This document shows positions 1 to 9,978 of a stretch of DNA of 64,000 bases, piece by piece. How positions within the stretch are numbered: position 1 is the first letter of the stretch; the number at the start of each line of letters is the position of its first letter. The position numbers were made by a program, and so were the translations under genes. Source of the stretch: an uncultured Clostridium sp. (GTDB lineage Bacteria > Bacillota > Clostridia > TANB77 > CAG-508); assembly GCA_964371215.1 (NCBI GenBank), contig CAYJKU010000003.1:14458-78457 (forward strand), in the 5' to 3' direction. Below the pieces are notes generated by a model, which saw only the letters and a program-made list of their open reading frames with translations, was not told where the DNA came from and made no database searches.

Positions 1-143
1 AATTTTAATATACCTATTGTTATTTTTTATATTTTATTAAAATCTTTTAATTTTTTCACAGATTATTTAACTCATATAATTATCATGATATCTATATTCT
101 ATATTTATTATTTAAATACTACAATCATTGATTATATAATGTG

Positions 144-188
144 AAGAATTGGCAAATATCATATTATAAACGATATTTGCCAATTCTT
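144..188. repeat. 17-bp perfect inverted repeat (stem-loop) just downstream of the 223..438 minus-strand ORF
   Basis: aagaattggcaaatatc (144-160) pairs perfectly with gatatttgccaattctt (172-188) across an 11-nt loop. Neither strand has a clear T-run, so a terminator role is uncertain. Confidence 0.4.
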
Positions 189-222
189 TCCCTCTACACT
201 CATAGATGGTTGGTGCTCTATG

Positions 223-438
223 TTATTTGCGAATCTTTATTGCAATAAATATTGCAAATAAATAAGCTGTCACTGCAAGGATTGCAGTGTGTAATCTTAT
301 TCCCTTAACATATCGAGATATTAATCCCAGCATAAATGGAACTATATCTGCTATGTTAACTATAACGAAATCGATTACAAAGACTCCTAGCATAATCGCA
401 ATAAGCGAACATACTAAAATCCATTGCTGCTTTTTCAT
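223..438 (-). CDS. small hydrophobic membrane protein, function unknown
   Basis: 71-aa ORF. It is almost entirely hydrophobic, with two predicted TM segments. No family recognised. Confidence 0.45.
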   Translation of the reverse strand: MKKQQWILVCSLIAIMLGVFVIDFVIVNIADIVPFMLGLISRYVKGIRLHTAILAVTAYLFAIFIAIKIRK

Positions 439-507
439 AGTTTACACTCCTTTAAAATTAATATAATAACTATATTATACCATATTTCAAAGTTTATGTA
501 AAGTTAA

Positions 508-1116
508 CTATACTATTAAGTCAAATACATTATATTCATACATTGCTTTTGTTATATATGTTTCGTTAATTGCTTGGTTTACTGGATTTTCAGTATTAAT
601 TTGACTAAATAAATTAATTATTAATAAAACTGAATATATTAACAATATTCCTCTTATTAATCCATATATGATCCCACCTGTTTGATTTAATTGTTTTATT
701 ACTGGTATTTTAGCAGCTAAGTCTCCTAATACTTTTACGAATATTAGAGCTACTCTTGTTACTATAAATAACAATATCATTGTACCATATACTACAATAG
801 TTCTAGCTATTTCTTCTGATTGTGTTTCTATTGTACCTGTTGTTGCACTTTCTATTATTTGACCTGTAAAATCATCTTCTGTGTTTTCATTTATAATATT
901 TGTTGCTTGATTTATTAATGTATCTTGAATTGCTTCATCTATTCCTGTATTTGTAATTATGAAACTTGATACTGGTATATATAGTACTATTGCAACTACT
1001 ATTGCAATTATAAATGCTAATAAGCTTATTGATAAACTTATTAATCCTTTCTTATATGCTAATATTGTTGATAACAATATTATTACAATTACTACAACAT
1101 CAATTATTATTCCCAT
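508..1116 (-). CDS. cvpA: CvpA family membrane protein
   Basis: The N-terminus MGIIIDVVVIVIILLSTILAYKKGLISL and the multi-TM layout are typical of the CvpA (colicin V production) family. Confidence 0.65.
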   Translation of the reverse strand: MGIIIDVVVIVIILLSTILAYKKGLISLSISLLAFIIAIVVAIVLYIPVSSFIITNTGIDEAIQDTLINQATNIINENTEDDFTGQIIESATTGTIETQSEEIARTIVVYGTMILLFIVTRVALIFVKVLGDLAAKIPVIKQLNQTGGIIYGLIRGILLIYSVLLIINLFSQINTENPVNQAINETYITKAMYEYNVFDLIV

Positions 1117-1128
1117 TATATTTCCCCC

Positions 1129-2307
1129 TTATAAATTTATTATTTCTATTTTATCATTATATATAATTACTGCTATGTTTTCTGATAAAGTTATATTTGT
1201 TATTTCTTGATATGATATATATCTTTTTACAAGACTTCCTTCTTTATTTATAAATTCAATTTGTGTTCCTAAATTAAGTCCTATTACATTACCTTTTGAA
1301 TATATCTCTTTAATAACTGAATCAATTATATATTCTTTTCCCTCATTTGTCTCTAGATTAATTAAATGTACATATGAATCTGCTGTAAATAATCCTGTTG
1401 ATTTTTCTTCAACACTTACTATACTATTATTCAAGTCAATTGACTGATATGAAACTTTTTTATCTCCGATTTCTTGAATTACTGTTTCTTGTTCATTTTC
1501 TATTGAAACTATTAAATCATTATACATACATATTAATTTATTTTTGTTTTGGTATTCTAAATTTATTATTAATTTATTTGGTTCTGCTGTATATGTTTTT
1601 TGAATTGCTTCTGTTGGGTTATTTATTGCATTTTCAACAGATACTATTTTAACACTTGATTGGATAACAGTACCTGATGTATCTACTTCTGCTACTGCTA
1701 AAAATTTATTATCTTTAGATATAGATATATCTACTGCTCTTGTTGCAGATAAATATGTTTTAAATAATTCTTTTCCTGCTGAATCATACATAACTATTAT
1801 GGACTCATGTGTCGTTCCTGTAATTATTACTCCTACATACCCATTTTCATTAATATATACTTGTGATATATTACCTTCAACTTCTGTTTCCCATATAATT
1901 TTTGTGTCTTCTACAACATATATGTTTTGTCCCATTTCTTCTGCTATAATTAAAAATCTATTTGTTGAATTAAATATTGGGTTTAATATCTGAATATCTA
2001 ATGTTTGATTCTTTTCTCCATTTGTTGTATATATATCAAATTTATTTTTATTTAAAACCCCTACATATTTACTATATGAATATATTGAACTATTTTGTAT
2101 ATCTGGTATCTCTATTGCTTTTGCATCATTTTGCATTATCTCTTTTCGTAAGATATGCACATCTATCCATTGTCTTACAGACAAATTATTATTATATAAA
2201 ACAATTATAGTTATAAATAATACTATGACTAATATTATTGCAATTACAATACCAACTTTTCTTTTACTAATTCTTTTTTCTTTAAAATCATTAAAATAAT
2301 CTTCCAT
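1129..2307 (-). CDS. membrane-anchored hypothetical protein (possibly DUF5711-like, beta-rich ectodomain)
   Basis: 392-aa ORF with a basic N-terminus, a single TM (VGIVIAIILVIVLFITIIVLY), then a beta-strand-rich region. The family assignment is from memory only. Confidence 0.5.
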   Translation of the reverse strand: MEDYFNDFKEKRISKRKVGIVIAIILVIVLFITIIVLYNNNLSVRQWIDVHILRKEIMQNDAKAIEIPDIQNSSIYSYSKYVGVLNKNKFDIYTTNGEKNQTLDIQILNPIFNSTNRFLIIAEEMGQNIYVVEDTKIIWETEVEGNISQVYINENGYVGVIITGTTHESIIVMYDSAGKELFKTYLSATRAVDISISKDNKFLAVAEVDTSGTVIQSSVKIVSVENAINNPTEAIQKTYTAEPNKLIINLEYQNKNKLICMYNDLIVSIENEQETVIQEIGDKKVSYQSIDLNNSIVSVEEKSTGLFTADSYVHLINLETNEGKEYIIDSVIKEIYSKGNVIGLNLGTQIEFINKEGSLVKRYISYQEITNITLSENIAVIIYNDKIEIINL

Positions 2308-2420
2308 TAATTTTTCTCCTTAGAATCTACTATTGTATTCTATACTAAATATAAGAAAAAATCAATAATATCTACTTATCTAAACCATATTTAGTCTTTA
2401 TTGCTAATTTTCAATACATC

Positions 2421-3455
2421 TTATATTTTATATATTCTATATATCTGATATAAACCTATATATCCAAAGATAGGATATAATAATTCTACTAGATTTCCAA
2501 AACCAATTTGTGAAAATATGACTCCTGAGATACACATAAATATTAATGTTTTAATATATTTTTTTCTACTTGTAGCTATGTTTTGTAAAAAACTCATACC
2601 TAAAGATAATGTAGTTGTATATATTGAACTTAAAATTATTATCCCATATATATATTTAAATATATATGACATTTGAGATACTATGTATACAACTGGCATT
2701 TCTAAATTTTTCATATCTGAATTTATATTTAATAGAATTGTATATATTGTTAATGATAATACACAAATTATTATATTAGTTATTATCCCTATTTTTTTTA
2801 TATCCTTTACACTTTTAATATATTTTTTTAAAGGTATTAGAACTGGCATTAATAATATACTATTATAACTTACATATATTAATGAACTAAGTATGATACT
2901 AGAATTATTTTTTTCTTGAATATTTATAATTTTGTCATATATATCTATATTTTCAAAATTTATGATACCTAATATAATTACAAATACTATAAGTAAAGGT
3001 ACTATTATTTGATTTACTTTTACTACACCTTTTATATCTCCTAATAAAACTATATATGAAATGATTGCTAGTATAGAGCTCCCTATTATATTATTCACAT
3101 TATATTCTTGTTTGAAATATGCTCCAAATGCTGCAATCATAATATAGAATGTTATTAATATAAATATATTTATTACAATATTTATTATATTCAGAATCTT
3201 TGTGTTTTTTTTACTTTTTATATTTTTAAATATAAAGATTTCTTCTAAAAATTCTCTATATGTACTAATATTACTTAATGTAACTATTTTCAATGACTTA
3301 TATATAACTATACAAATCATAGTACTACTTAATATAATACCAAATATACCTTTTATCCCATATACATAAAAAAATGTATATATTTCTTTACCAGAAGCAA
3401 ATCCTGCTCCTATTAATGTACCTATTATTACAAAAACTATTTTAAATATATTCAT
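2421..3455 (-). CDS. YkvI family membrane transporter
   Basis: MNIFKIVFVIIGTLIGAGFASGKEIYTFF matches the YkvI-family N-terminal GAGFA(S/T)G(Q/K)E motif, and the protein is polytopic. Start moved to the ATG at 3455, because the track start at 3467 lies inside a hairpin and forms part of the SD-like GAGGGG. Confidence 0.65.
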   Translation of the reverse strand: MNIFKIVFVIIGTLIGAGFASGKEIYTFFYVYGIKGIFGIILSSTMICIVIYKSLKIVTLSNISTYREFLEEIFIFKNIKSKKNTKILNIINIVINIFILITFYIMIAAFGAYFKQEYNVNNIIGSSILAIISYIVLLGDIKGVVKVNQIIVPLLIVFVIILGIINFENIDIYDKIINIQEKNNSSIILSSLIYVSYNSILLMPVLIPLKKYIKSVKDIKKIGIITNIIICVLSLTIYTILLNINSDMKNLEMPVVYIVSQMSYIFKYIYGIIILSSIYTTTLSLGMSFLQNIATSRKKYIKTLIFMCISGVIFSQIGFGNLVELLYPIFGYIGLYQIYRIYKI

Positions 3456-3487
3456 AAAACCCCTCATAAAATATTATGAAGGGTTTT
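3456..3487 (-). terminator. stem-loop overlapping the ykvI ribosome-binding site (terminator and/or translational hairpin)
   Basis: The minus-strand RNA AAAACCCUUCAU-AAUAUUUU-AUGAGGGGUUUU forms a 12-bp stem with one G-U pair. The ATG at 3455 follows directly. Confidence 0.45.
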
Positions 3488-3685
3488 AATTATTATTCTT
3501 TTTTATTTTCTAGTTTTATTAATTTTTTAGTGCTGTAATTGGTATTATATATATTCCATCTTTTCTTCTTACTATAGCTTCACTTAATCCAGAAATTATA
3601 CACATGAATTTAGGTTTTTTTCTCCAACTTCATTGAACTTTAATATTTAACTGTTTTTTGTATTGTCTTATTAATTGTACTTATC

Positions 3686-5185
3686 CTATTTCCTTCTTTT
3701 TCTAATTACCCATACAATTATACCTACTAATATTATTAGTGATGGTATTGCGAATATTACAATTCGAATTATTAAATCTTGTGTAGCTGTTGCTGTATAT
3801 ATAACTGTACCTGTACTTTCTCTTGCTTCTATATCTTCTTCTCTTTCACCTAAATATGCAATTGAATCTAGTATAATGTTTTTATTATATGATAATTGTA
3901 TTGCTGGATATCCAGAATTTTGAATTATAACATAATCTGTTATAAATATATTTTCTCCAAATATAATTAATTTAGATTCTGTATCTTCTCCACTAACTGT
4001 TTTTGTCATTTCAGCTGCAATTGTAAAACTACCTGTTTCTTCTCCATCTTGAGGAACATCTGATTGAATATTAAAATCTGATCTAAAATAAGCATATTCA
4101 CTAGAAGACAATATCTCGTTACTCACAACATTTAACTCATTTAATTTTTCATCATTTATATTTACTTTAGTAGCATTTGTCATTATACTTTCTGGCGAAT
4201 TTTGTGTTACAGATGAATATCCATTTACAGGAAATATTATATCTGGTGAACCAGCATACATATGACTTTCATCAGTTTCTCTTATTACACCTACATCAAA
4301 TGGATCTATTCCATATGCTGCTAATATACTATTAACATTTGGCATATCTACATTTGTAGCAATTGCTGCATTTAACCATAATATATTCCCACCTCTATTT
4401 ATATATTCATTAATGGCATTTGTTGCTATATCGTCAAAATCTTTACTTGGTGTATTTATTACTAATACATCACAATCTTCTGGAATATTTCCTATAGATA
4501 ACGGATTAACTGTGTCAATTTCATTTATTTCATTTGTTAAAAACATTCCTAAATAATATAAATTTGATTCTAATGTAATATCTGTATATCCTTCTAAGAA
4601 ATATATTTTAGGTACATCTTCTGTTGAAACAGAAATTATTGAACTTGTAAATACTTCTTCTGCTATACTTATTGATTCACCAGTTAAAGAATCATATGTC
4701 ATCAAGTCATATTCTGTTAATACTTTGGATTTTTCTCCTGATTCAACTATTATTCCAGTAATACCTGATTCAATACCATACTTTTGAGTTAAATCTGGTC
4801 TTGTTGTTTCATCTATTACTTCCACATTTATTTTTTCATTAACATTTCTATATTGTTTTACTAAATCTACTGTTGAATTTTCTTCAGTATATCCAACAAA
4901 ATATATACTAACATCTTTATTTACATCTTTTATTCTTTCTTTACTTTCATCTGTTAAACTATATAACCCATCTTGTGAAAAATCTAATGGTAATAGATCT
5001 AATGATTCTACAAATATATTTATACCAAACATTGACCCTATTATTATTCCAATTAAAATAATTGTTGTAAAACCATCAACTAACCATTTTTTCTTTACTT
5101 TCTCAATAATCTTATTTCTTTTCTCTTTAAAAGTTTCTTTTCTTTTAATTAATGCTTCTTTTTCTTTTTTTCTGTTATCTTTCAA
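3686..5185 (-). CDS. GldG-like accessory protein of an ABC-2 exporter (ABC-type uncharacterized transport system)
   Basis: 499 aa with TM segments at both the N- and C-terminus flanking a large ectodomain. It lies immediately downstream of an ABC-2 permease and ATPase, the GldA/F/G-type arrangement. Confidence 0.55.
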   Translation of the reverse strand: MKDNRKKEKEALIKRKETFKEKRNKIIEKVKKKWLVDGFTTIILIGIIIGSMFGINIFVESLDLLPLDFSQDGLYSLTDESKERIKDVNKDVSIYFVGYTEENSTVDLVKQYRNVNEKINVEVIDETTRPDLTQKYGIESGITGIIVESGEKSKVLTEYDLMTYDSLTGESISIAEEVFTSSIISVSTEDVPKIYFLEGYTDITLESNLYYLGMFLTNEINEIDTVNPLSIGNIPEDCDVLVINTPSKDFDDIATNAINEYINRGGNILWLNAAIATNVDMPNVNSILAAYGIDPFDVGVIRETDESHMYAGSPDIIFPVNGYSSVTQNSPESIMTNATKVNINDEKLNELNVVSNEILSSSEYAYFRSDFNIQSDVPQDGEETGSFTIAAEMTKTVSGEDTESKLIIFGENIFITDYVIIQNSGYPAIQLSYNKNIILDSIAYLGEREEDIEARESTGTVIYTATATQDLIIRIVIFAIPSLIILVGIIVWVIRKRRK

Positions 5186-5200
5186 TTTTTATCCTCCTCT

Positions 5201-5881
5201 CTATCTCACACTTTTTCTTCTTTGCATAACCAGTATTGTAAGTAATATACATCCTGTTATGAAAGTTAAAAATGTAACCATGTCTGCTATATCTACTTGC
5301 CCTGTTGGGAATTTTGCAAATATATTTATAAGTGATATATCCATAAATACAGAGTTAAATTGTGGTAAAAACCAAGACAAAATGAAAAATCCCATTGTTA
5401 TTACACCTGCAATTATTTGGTTTTCAGTTATGCTTGATGCTAATATTCCAAAAGATATATATGACATAGCAAGTAACAAAAACCCAAACATTGTTATTAA
5501 AGCTGTTGAAATATGTGGTGTTCCAAAAAAACTAAGTATTATATAATACATAAATGTACATATAAGTGTTATTGCAACAACTAGTGTAGCTGCAATAAAT
5601 TTACCAACCACTACTTTTGTAAGACTAATCGGTGCTGTTAAAATAAGTTGCTCTGTCCCAGTTTTTCTTTCTTCTGCAATTGCCCTCATTGTTAATATTG
5701 GCACTATAAATGTAAGTATTGTTGCACCAGAATAAAAAATGTATTCAAAATTTGTACTACTATATGTAAATACATCTATATAGAAAAATACACTAAACAT
5801 TATTAAAAATAACCCTATAAAAACATACCCTACTGGTGAATAAAAATATGTTTTAAATTCCTTTTTTATTACTGCTAACAT
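5201..5881 (-). CDS. ABC-2 type transporter permease (GldF-like)
   Basis: 226-aa polytopic membrane protein. Its start overlaps the stop of the upstream ATPase gene (ATGA-type junction at 5881). Confidence 0.7.
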   Translation of the reverse strand: MLAVIKKEFKTYFYSPVGYVFIGLFLIMFSVFFYIDVFTYSSTNFEYIFYSGATILTFIVPILTMRAIAEERKTGTEQLILTAPISLTKVVVGKFIAATLVVAITLICTFMYYIILSFFGTPHISTALITMFGFLLLAMSYISFGILASSITENQIIAGVITMGFFILSWFLPQFNSVFMDISLINIFAKFPTGQVDIADMVTFLTFITGCILLTILVMQRRKSVR

Positions 5882-6831
5882 TATTCTCCATCTCCTCCTT
5901 CAATAATTTTCATAAATGCATCTTCTAATGTAATATCTGCTTTTTTCATTTCAAATATTATTATATTTTCTTTTGCAAATTCAGAAAAAATATTTCTTCG
6001 TAAATCTGATTCATTTTCTGTTTCAATTACATATTTTTTAGTTCTATCTTCTAATTCTTCTAGTAATTTTATTGACTTAATTTCTCTAATTTTTTCTTTT
6101 ACTATCTCAATTCTATTTTCTTTATCTTCAACTGTAACATATATAACATTACTATTATTTGCCATCTTGTTTTCTAAATTCTGTGGTGTGTCTATTGATA
6201 CAATTTTCCCTTTATTTATTATTATTACTTTATTACAAATTTGACTAATTTCAGATAATATGTGTGAACTCAAAATTATTGTATGAGATTTTCCAAGTTC
6301 CTTAATTAATGTTCGTATTTCTGCTATTTGTTTTGGATCAAGACCTACTGTTGGTTCATCTAATATTAATATTTTAGGTTCTCCAACTAAAGCTCCTGCC
6401 ATACTTACTCTTTGCTTGTACCCTCTAGATAATGTTTTAATTAATTTCTTTTCAACTTCTTTTAACCCAGTTTGTTCAATTATCTTATTTACTTTTTCTT
6501 TTCTAGTTTTTCTTTCAACTAATTTAATTTCTGCCATATATGTAACAAATTCTCTAACTGTTAAATCTGTATATAGTGGAACTCCTTCTGGCATATATCC
6601 AATATTTTTCTTTGCTTTTATTGGTTTTTTAGAAATATCTATTCCATTTATATATATATCTCCATCTGTTGTTTCTATAAATCCAGTAATCATATTCATT
6701 GTTGTACTTTTTCCAGCACCATTAGGACCTAAAAATCCTACTATTTCTCCTTCTTTAATGGAAAAACTTATATTATCTACTGCAACCGTATTTCCATATT
6801 TTTTTGTAACATTTTTAACTTCTATCACCAA
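5881..6831 (-). CDS. ABC transporter ATP-binding protein
   Basis: Walker A GPNGAGKST, ABC signature LSRGYKQR and Walker B ILILDEP. Confidence 0.9.
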   Translation of the reverse strand: MVIEVKNVTKKYGNTVAVDNISFSIKEGEIVGFLGPNGAGKSTTMNMITGFIETTDGDIYINGIDISKKPIKAKKNIGYMPEGVPLYTDLTVREFVTYMAEIKLVERKTRKEKVNKIIEQTGLKEVEKKLIKTLSRGYKQRVSMAGALVGEPKILILDEPTVGLDPKQIAEIRTLIKELGKSHTIILSSHILSEISQICNKVIIINKGKIVSIDTPQNLENKMANNSNVIYVTVEDKENRIEIVKEKIREIKSIKLLEELEDRTKKYVIETENESDLRRNIFSEFAKENIIIFEMKKADITLEDAFMKIIEGGDGE

Positions 6832-6987
6832 AATACCTCCTTAATATATTTTCTTATTATATTTATTCAAAATACTACCACCTTTATTTTCTAAAGTAAA
6901 GTAATTCACTAAAAAGTTACATTACATATATTTTTGTGAATTTCATATGTCCTTTACTTGAATTTGTAACCTATTTCACCTCTTTAT

Positions 6988-7015
6988 TTGACATATATAT
7001 TTTTAATGATATAAT
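6988..7015 (+). promoter_or_regulatory. sigma-A type promoter upstream of the GT51 gene
   Basis: TTGACA (6988-6993), a 16-nt spacer, then TGaTATAAT with the -10 at 7010-7015. It lies about 45 nt upstream of the ATG at 7059. Confidence 0.55.
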
Positions 7016-7058
7016 TGACTAAAGCAAAAAAATATAATTATTTTAGAAAGGACATGCT

Positions 7059-7755
7059 ATGAAAACATTAACTAAAATTATACTTAAATTATCAATAATA
7101 TGTTTAATACTTGTCATTGTAATAGGTTTAATAGCCTTTTTTACTGGATATTCATATTATTCAAAAGCTTTAGATGAAAAACCATTATTTGATAGAGTTA
7201 GTGAATATACAGATGCAGATAATTTTGTTGAATATGATGAATTATCTAAGGACTATATTAATGCTGTTATTTCTATTGAAGATCACAGGTATTTTGAACA
7301 TGGACCTATAGATCCTATACGGATTAATTAGAGCTTTATATAATAATATAACTACTGGTTCTTTTGATGAAGGTGGTAGTACAATAACTCAACAAGTAGC
7401 TAAAAATGTTGTATTTACTCAAGAACAAACACTTATTAGAAAATTAGGTGAGGTATTGGCTGCATATGATTTAGAAAAACATTTCTCAAAAGAAGAAATC
7501 TTTGCTATATATGTTAATTCTGCATATTTTGGTGATGGATATTATGGAATTTATGAAGCTAGTTATGGATATTTCAATAAAGATCCTAAAGATCTTACTT
7601 TAGATGAAGCTTCTATGTTAGCTGGTATCCCGAATGCTCCTTCTATATATGCTCCGACTATAAATCCAGATTTAGCAGACCAAAGGCAACAACAAGTTTT
7701 AAATAGAATGGTTGAATGTGGATATATTTCGGAAAGTGATGCAGAGTTAATTTAA
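7059..7755 (+). pseudogene. monofunctional peptidoglycan glycosyltransferase (GT51), interrupted by a +1 frameshift near 7320
   Basis: Frame 1 (7059-7331) gives a TM anchor plus ISIEDHRYFEHGPIDPI. Frame 2 from 7321 reads GLIRALYNNITTGSFDEGGSTITQQVAKNV...LGEVLAAYDLEKHFSKEEIFAIYVNSAYFG. Joined, the two halves give a colinear GT51 domain (EDxxF, GGSTITQQ, RK..E motifs). One extra base, the c at 7320, explains the break. Confidence 0.8.
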
Positions 7756-7841
7756 TTTCTTTAACTCAAATTAAGATATTTTCATATATAAATAAAAAAA
7801 ACATATATTATATAAATACCTTTTAAGGAGATTATATATAT

Positions 7842-8630
7842 ATGTTTTTTGTTTTAATTCATAAGAAAACTTTTATCATTTTATTGTTTTTAATTTTAGC
7901 TGTTTTACTACTAGTATTTAGCTTTTCTAGTATTTTTAATCATTTTGAAAAAGAATCAATTCTCGTAACTTCATCATCTACTATTCCAACTATGCAAGAA
8001 TACTTAGATTCTCTATTTATTTCATCTGAGAAGATTGCTTATTTAACTTTTGATGATGGCCCTATAAAAGGTGTTACAGATCAAATTGTTAATATTCTGG
8101 ATAATTTAAATGTCAAAGCAACTTTTTTTGTTGTTGGAAAACATGTTAAAACAAATCCAGATATTATTCAAAAAATATTTGCTTCTGGACATTATATTGC
8201 AAACCATACATATTCACATGATAATAACCTTATATATTTATCTGAAGAAAGTTTTAAAAATGAAATTATTAACACAGATATTGAAATTGCGAACGCTCTT
8301 AATCTTCCTTCTTATAATTCTAAAATATTTAGATATCCTAATGGATTCTCAAGTCAAATATTTAGATCCAAAAAAGATGAAAGTTTAAATATACTTCATG
8401 ATTTAGGATATGGATATCTTGATTGGAATTCATTAAACAAAGATTCTGAAATTAAATTATCTAATTCTGAATTACTAAATAATTTAAAAGAAACATCAAA
8501 AGATAAAGGAAGTTTGGTTATATTAATGCATGATACTCATGATGTAAATACTACTGCTAATATCTTAGAAGAATCTATTTTATATTTAAAAAATCAAGGA
8601 TATGTTTTTAAAACACTCCTTGATTATTAA
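7842..8630 (+). CDS. polysaccharide deacetylase family protein (NodB homology domain)
   Basis: Motifs YLTFDDGP, ATFFVVGKHV and HYIANHTYSH, plus an N-terminal TM or signal anchor. Confidence 0.85.
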   Translation: MFFVLIHKKTFIILLFLILAVLLLVFSFSSIFNHFEKESILVTSSSTIPTMQEYLDSLFISSEKIAYLTFDDGPIKGVTDQIVNILDNLNVKATFFVVGKHVKTNPDIIQKIFASGHYIANHTYSHDNNLIYLSEESFKNEIINTDIEIANALNLPSYNSKIFRYPNGFSSQIFRSKKDESLNILHDLGYGYLDWNSLNKDSEIKLSNSELLNNLKETSKDKGSLVILMHDTHDVNTTANILEESILYLKNQGYVFKTLLDY

Positions 8631-9965
8631 CTAGTCTTCAAATCTTCTTTCTAAATTTACAAATTTTGTATAACTTCCAAGCCATAATAATTCTACTGTT
8701 CCAAGTGACCCACCTCTGTGTTTAGCAATTATTACTTCTGCAATATCTTTTTTCTCACTGTCTTGATTATAGTAATCATCTCTATATAAGAACATAACTA
8801 TATCGGCATCTTGCTCAATCGCTCCTGATTCCCTTAAATCTGAAAGCATTGGTCTATGGTCAGGTCTTGTTTCAACAGCTCTTGAAAGCTGAGATAATGC
8901 AATTACAGGTACATTAATTTCTTTTGCAAGTACTTTTAAAGATCTACTTATTTCAGATATTTCTTGTTCCCTTGTTCCACCTTTTTTGTTACTTCCTTGA
9001 ATTAATTGAAGGTAATCTATTATTACCATTCCTATATTTTTTTCCAATTTTAGTTTTCTACATTTTGCTCTAATTTCAGTTATTGAAATACCTGGTGTAT
9101 CATCAATATATATTTCTGATTCTGAAAGTGGACCAATTGCTTCTGCAAGTTTTGTCCAGTCATCTTCTTCTAATTTACCAGTTCTAACTTTATTACTATC
9201 CACCATTGCTTCACTACATAAAATCCTGTTTACTAACTGTTCTTTAGACATCTCTAAATTGAATATAGCTACTGGTGTGTTTGATTTAATTGCTGCATTT
9301 GTTGCAACATTTAATACAAATGCAGATTTTCCCATCGCTGGTCTTGCTGCAATTAATATTAAATCTGATCCATGAAATCCTGCTGTTTTATAATCTAATT
9401 CAGTAAATCCTGATGCTACTCCCGTAATATGTTGTTTTCTATTATATAATTCTTCTAATTGTGTAAAAGAATCTACTAATATATCTTTAATTGCTGCATA
9501 TCCTTTTTGCTCTTTATTTTGTAATAAATTAAATATTCTTTTTTCAGCACCTTCCATAATACCTTCAACTTCTTCAGTATCATCATACCCTAATTCGATT
9601 ATTTCATTTGCTGTTTTAATTAAATTTCTAAGCATTGCTTTTTCTTCTACAATTTTAACATATTTCTCTGCATTTGCAACAAGTGGTACTTTATCTGGTA
9701 ATACTGCTATATATTCCATACCACCAACTTTATCAAATTTCCCCATAGATTGTAATTCAGACTTAACTGTTATTAAATCTATCGGTGTTGATTTATTATA
9801 TAAATTCACCATTGCTTCATAAATAGATTTATTATCTTCTCTATAAAAATCTTCAGCTTTTAAAATTTCCAATGCTGAAATTACTGCATCTTTATCTATT
9901 AACATACTACCAATTACAGCTTGTTCTGCCTCTAAATCATGTGGTGGTATTTTCCCTGTTTCCAT
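8631..9965 (-). CDS. dnaB: replicative DNA helicase DnaB
   Basis: PPHDLEAEQAVIGSML N-terminal motif, Walker A ARPAMGKSAF, Walker B VIIDYLQL, and the conserved position after rplI. Confidence 0.95.
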   Translation of the reverse strand: METGKIPPHDLEAEQAVIGSMLIDKDAVISALEILKAEDFYREDNKSIYEAMVNLYNKSTPIDLITVKSELQSMGKFDKVGGMEYIAVLPDKVPLVANAEKYVKIVEEKAMLRNLIKTANEIIELGYDDTEEVEGIMEGAEKRIFNLLQNKEQKGYAAIKDILVDSFTQLEELYNRKQHITGVASGFTELDYKTAGFHGSDLILIAARPAMGKSAFVLNVATNAAIKSNTPVAIFNLEMSKEQLVNRILCSEAMVDSNKVRTGKLEEDDWTKLAEAIGPLSESEIYIDDTPGISITEIRAKCRKLKLEKNIGMVIIDYLQLIQGSNKKGGTREQEISEISRSLKVLAKEINVPVIALSQLSRAVETRPDHRPMLSDLRESGAIEQDADIVMFLYRDDYYNQDSEKKDIAEVIIAKHRGGSLGTVELLWLGSYTKFVNLERRFED

Positions 9966-9978
9966 TTATATCAATCCT

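Noticed and set aside
3519-3605. 28-aa minus-strand mini-ORF (MCIISGLSEAIVRRKDGIYIIPITALKN) in the 200-nt gap between the GldG-like gene and ykvI
   Set aside because: The nearest GGAG is about 19 nt from the ATG. The ORF is very short, and its faint resemblance to AbrB/SpoVT-type swapped-hairpin sequence is too weak to call. It could be checked by ribosome profiling.
3686-6831. GldA/F/G-like ABC system as evidence of gliding motility
   Set aside because: The naming comes from Bacteroidetes homologs. The trio is a generic ABC-2 exporter architecture that is widespread in non-gliding Firmicutes, and no other gliding genes are present.
7315-7331. Programmed ribosomal frameshifting as an explanation for the split GT51 and VirD4-like genes
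   Set aside because: Neither site (7320 and 47810) has a slippery heptamer, an internal SD stimulator or a downstream structure. A simple 1-nt insertion fits both.
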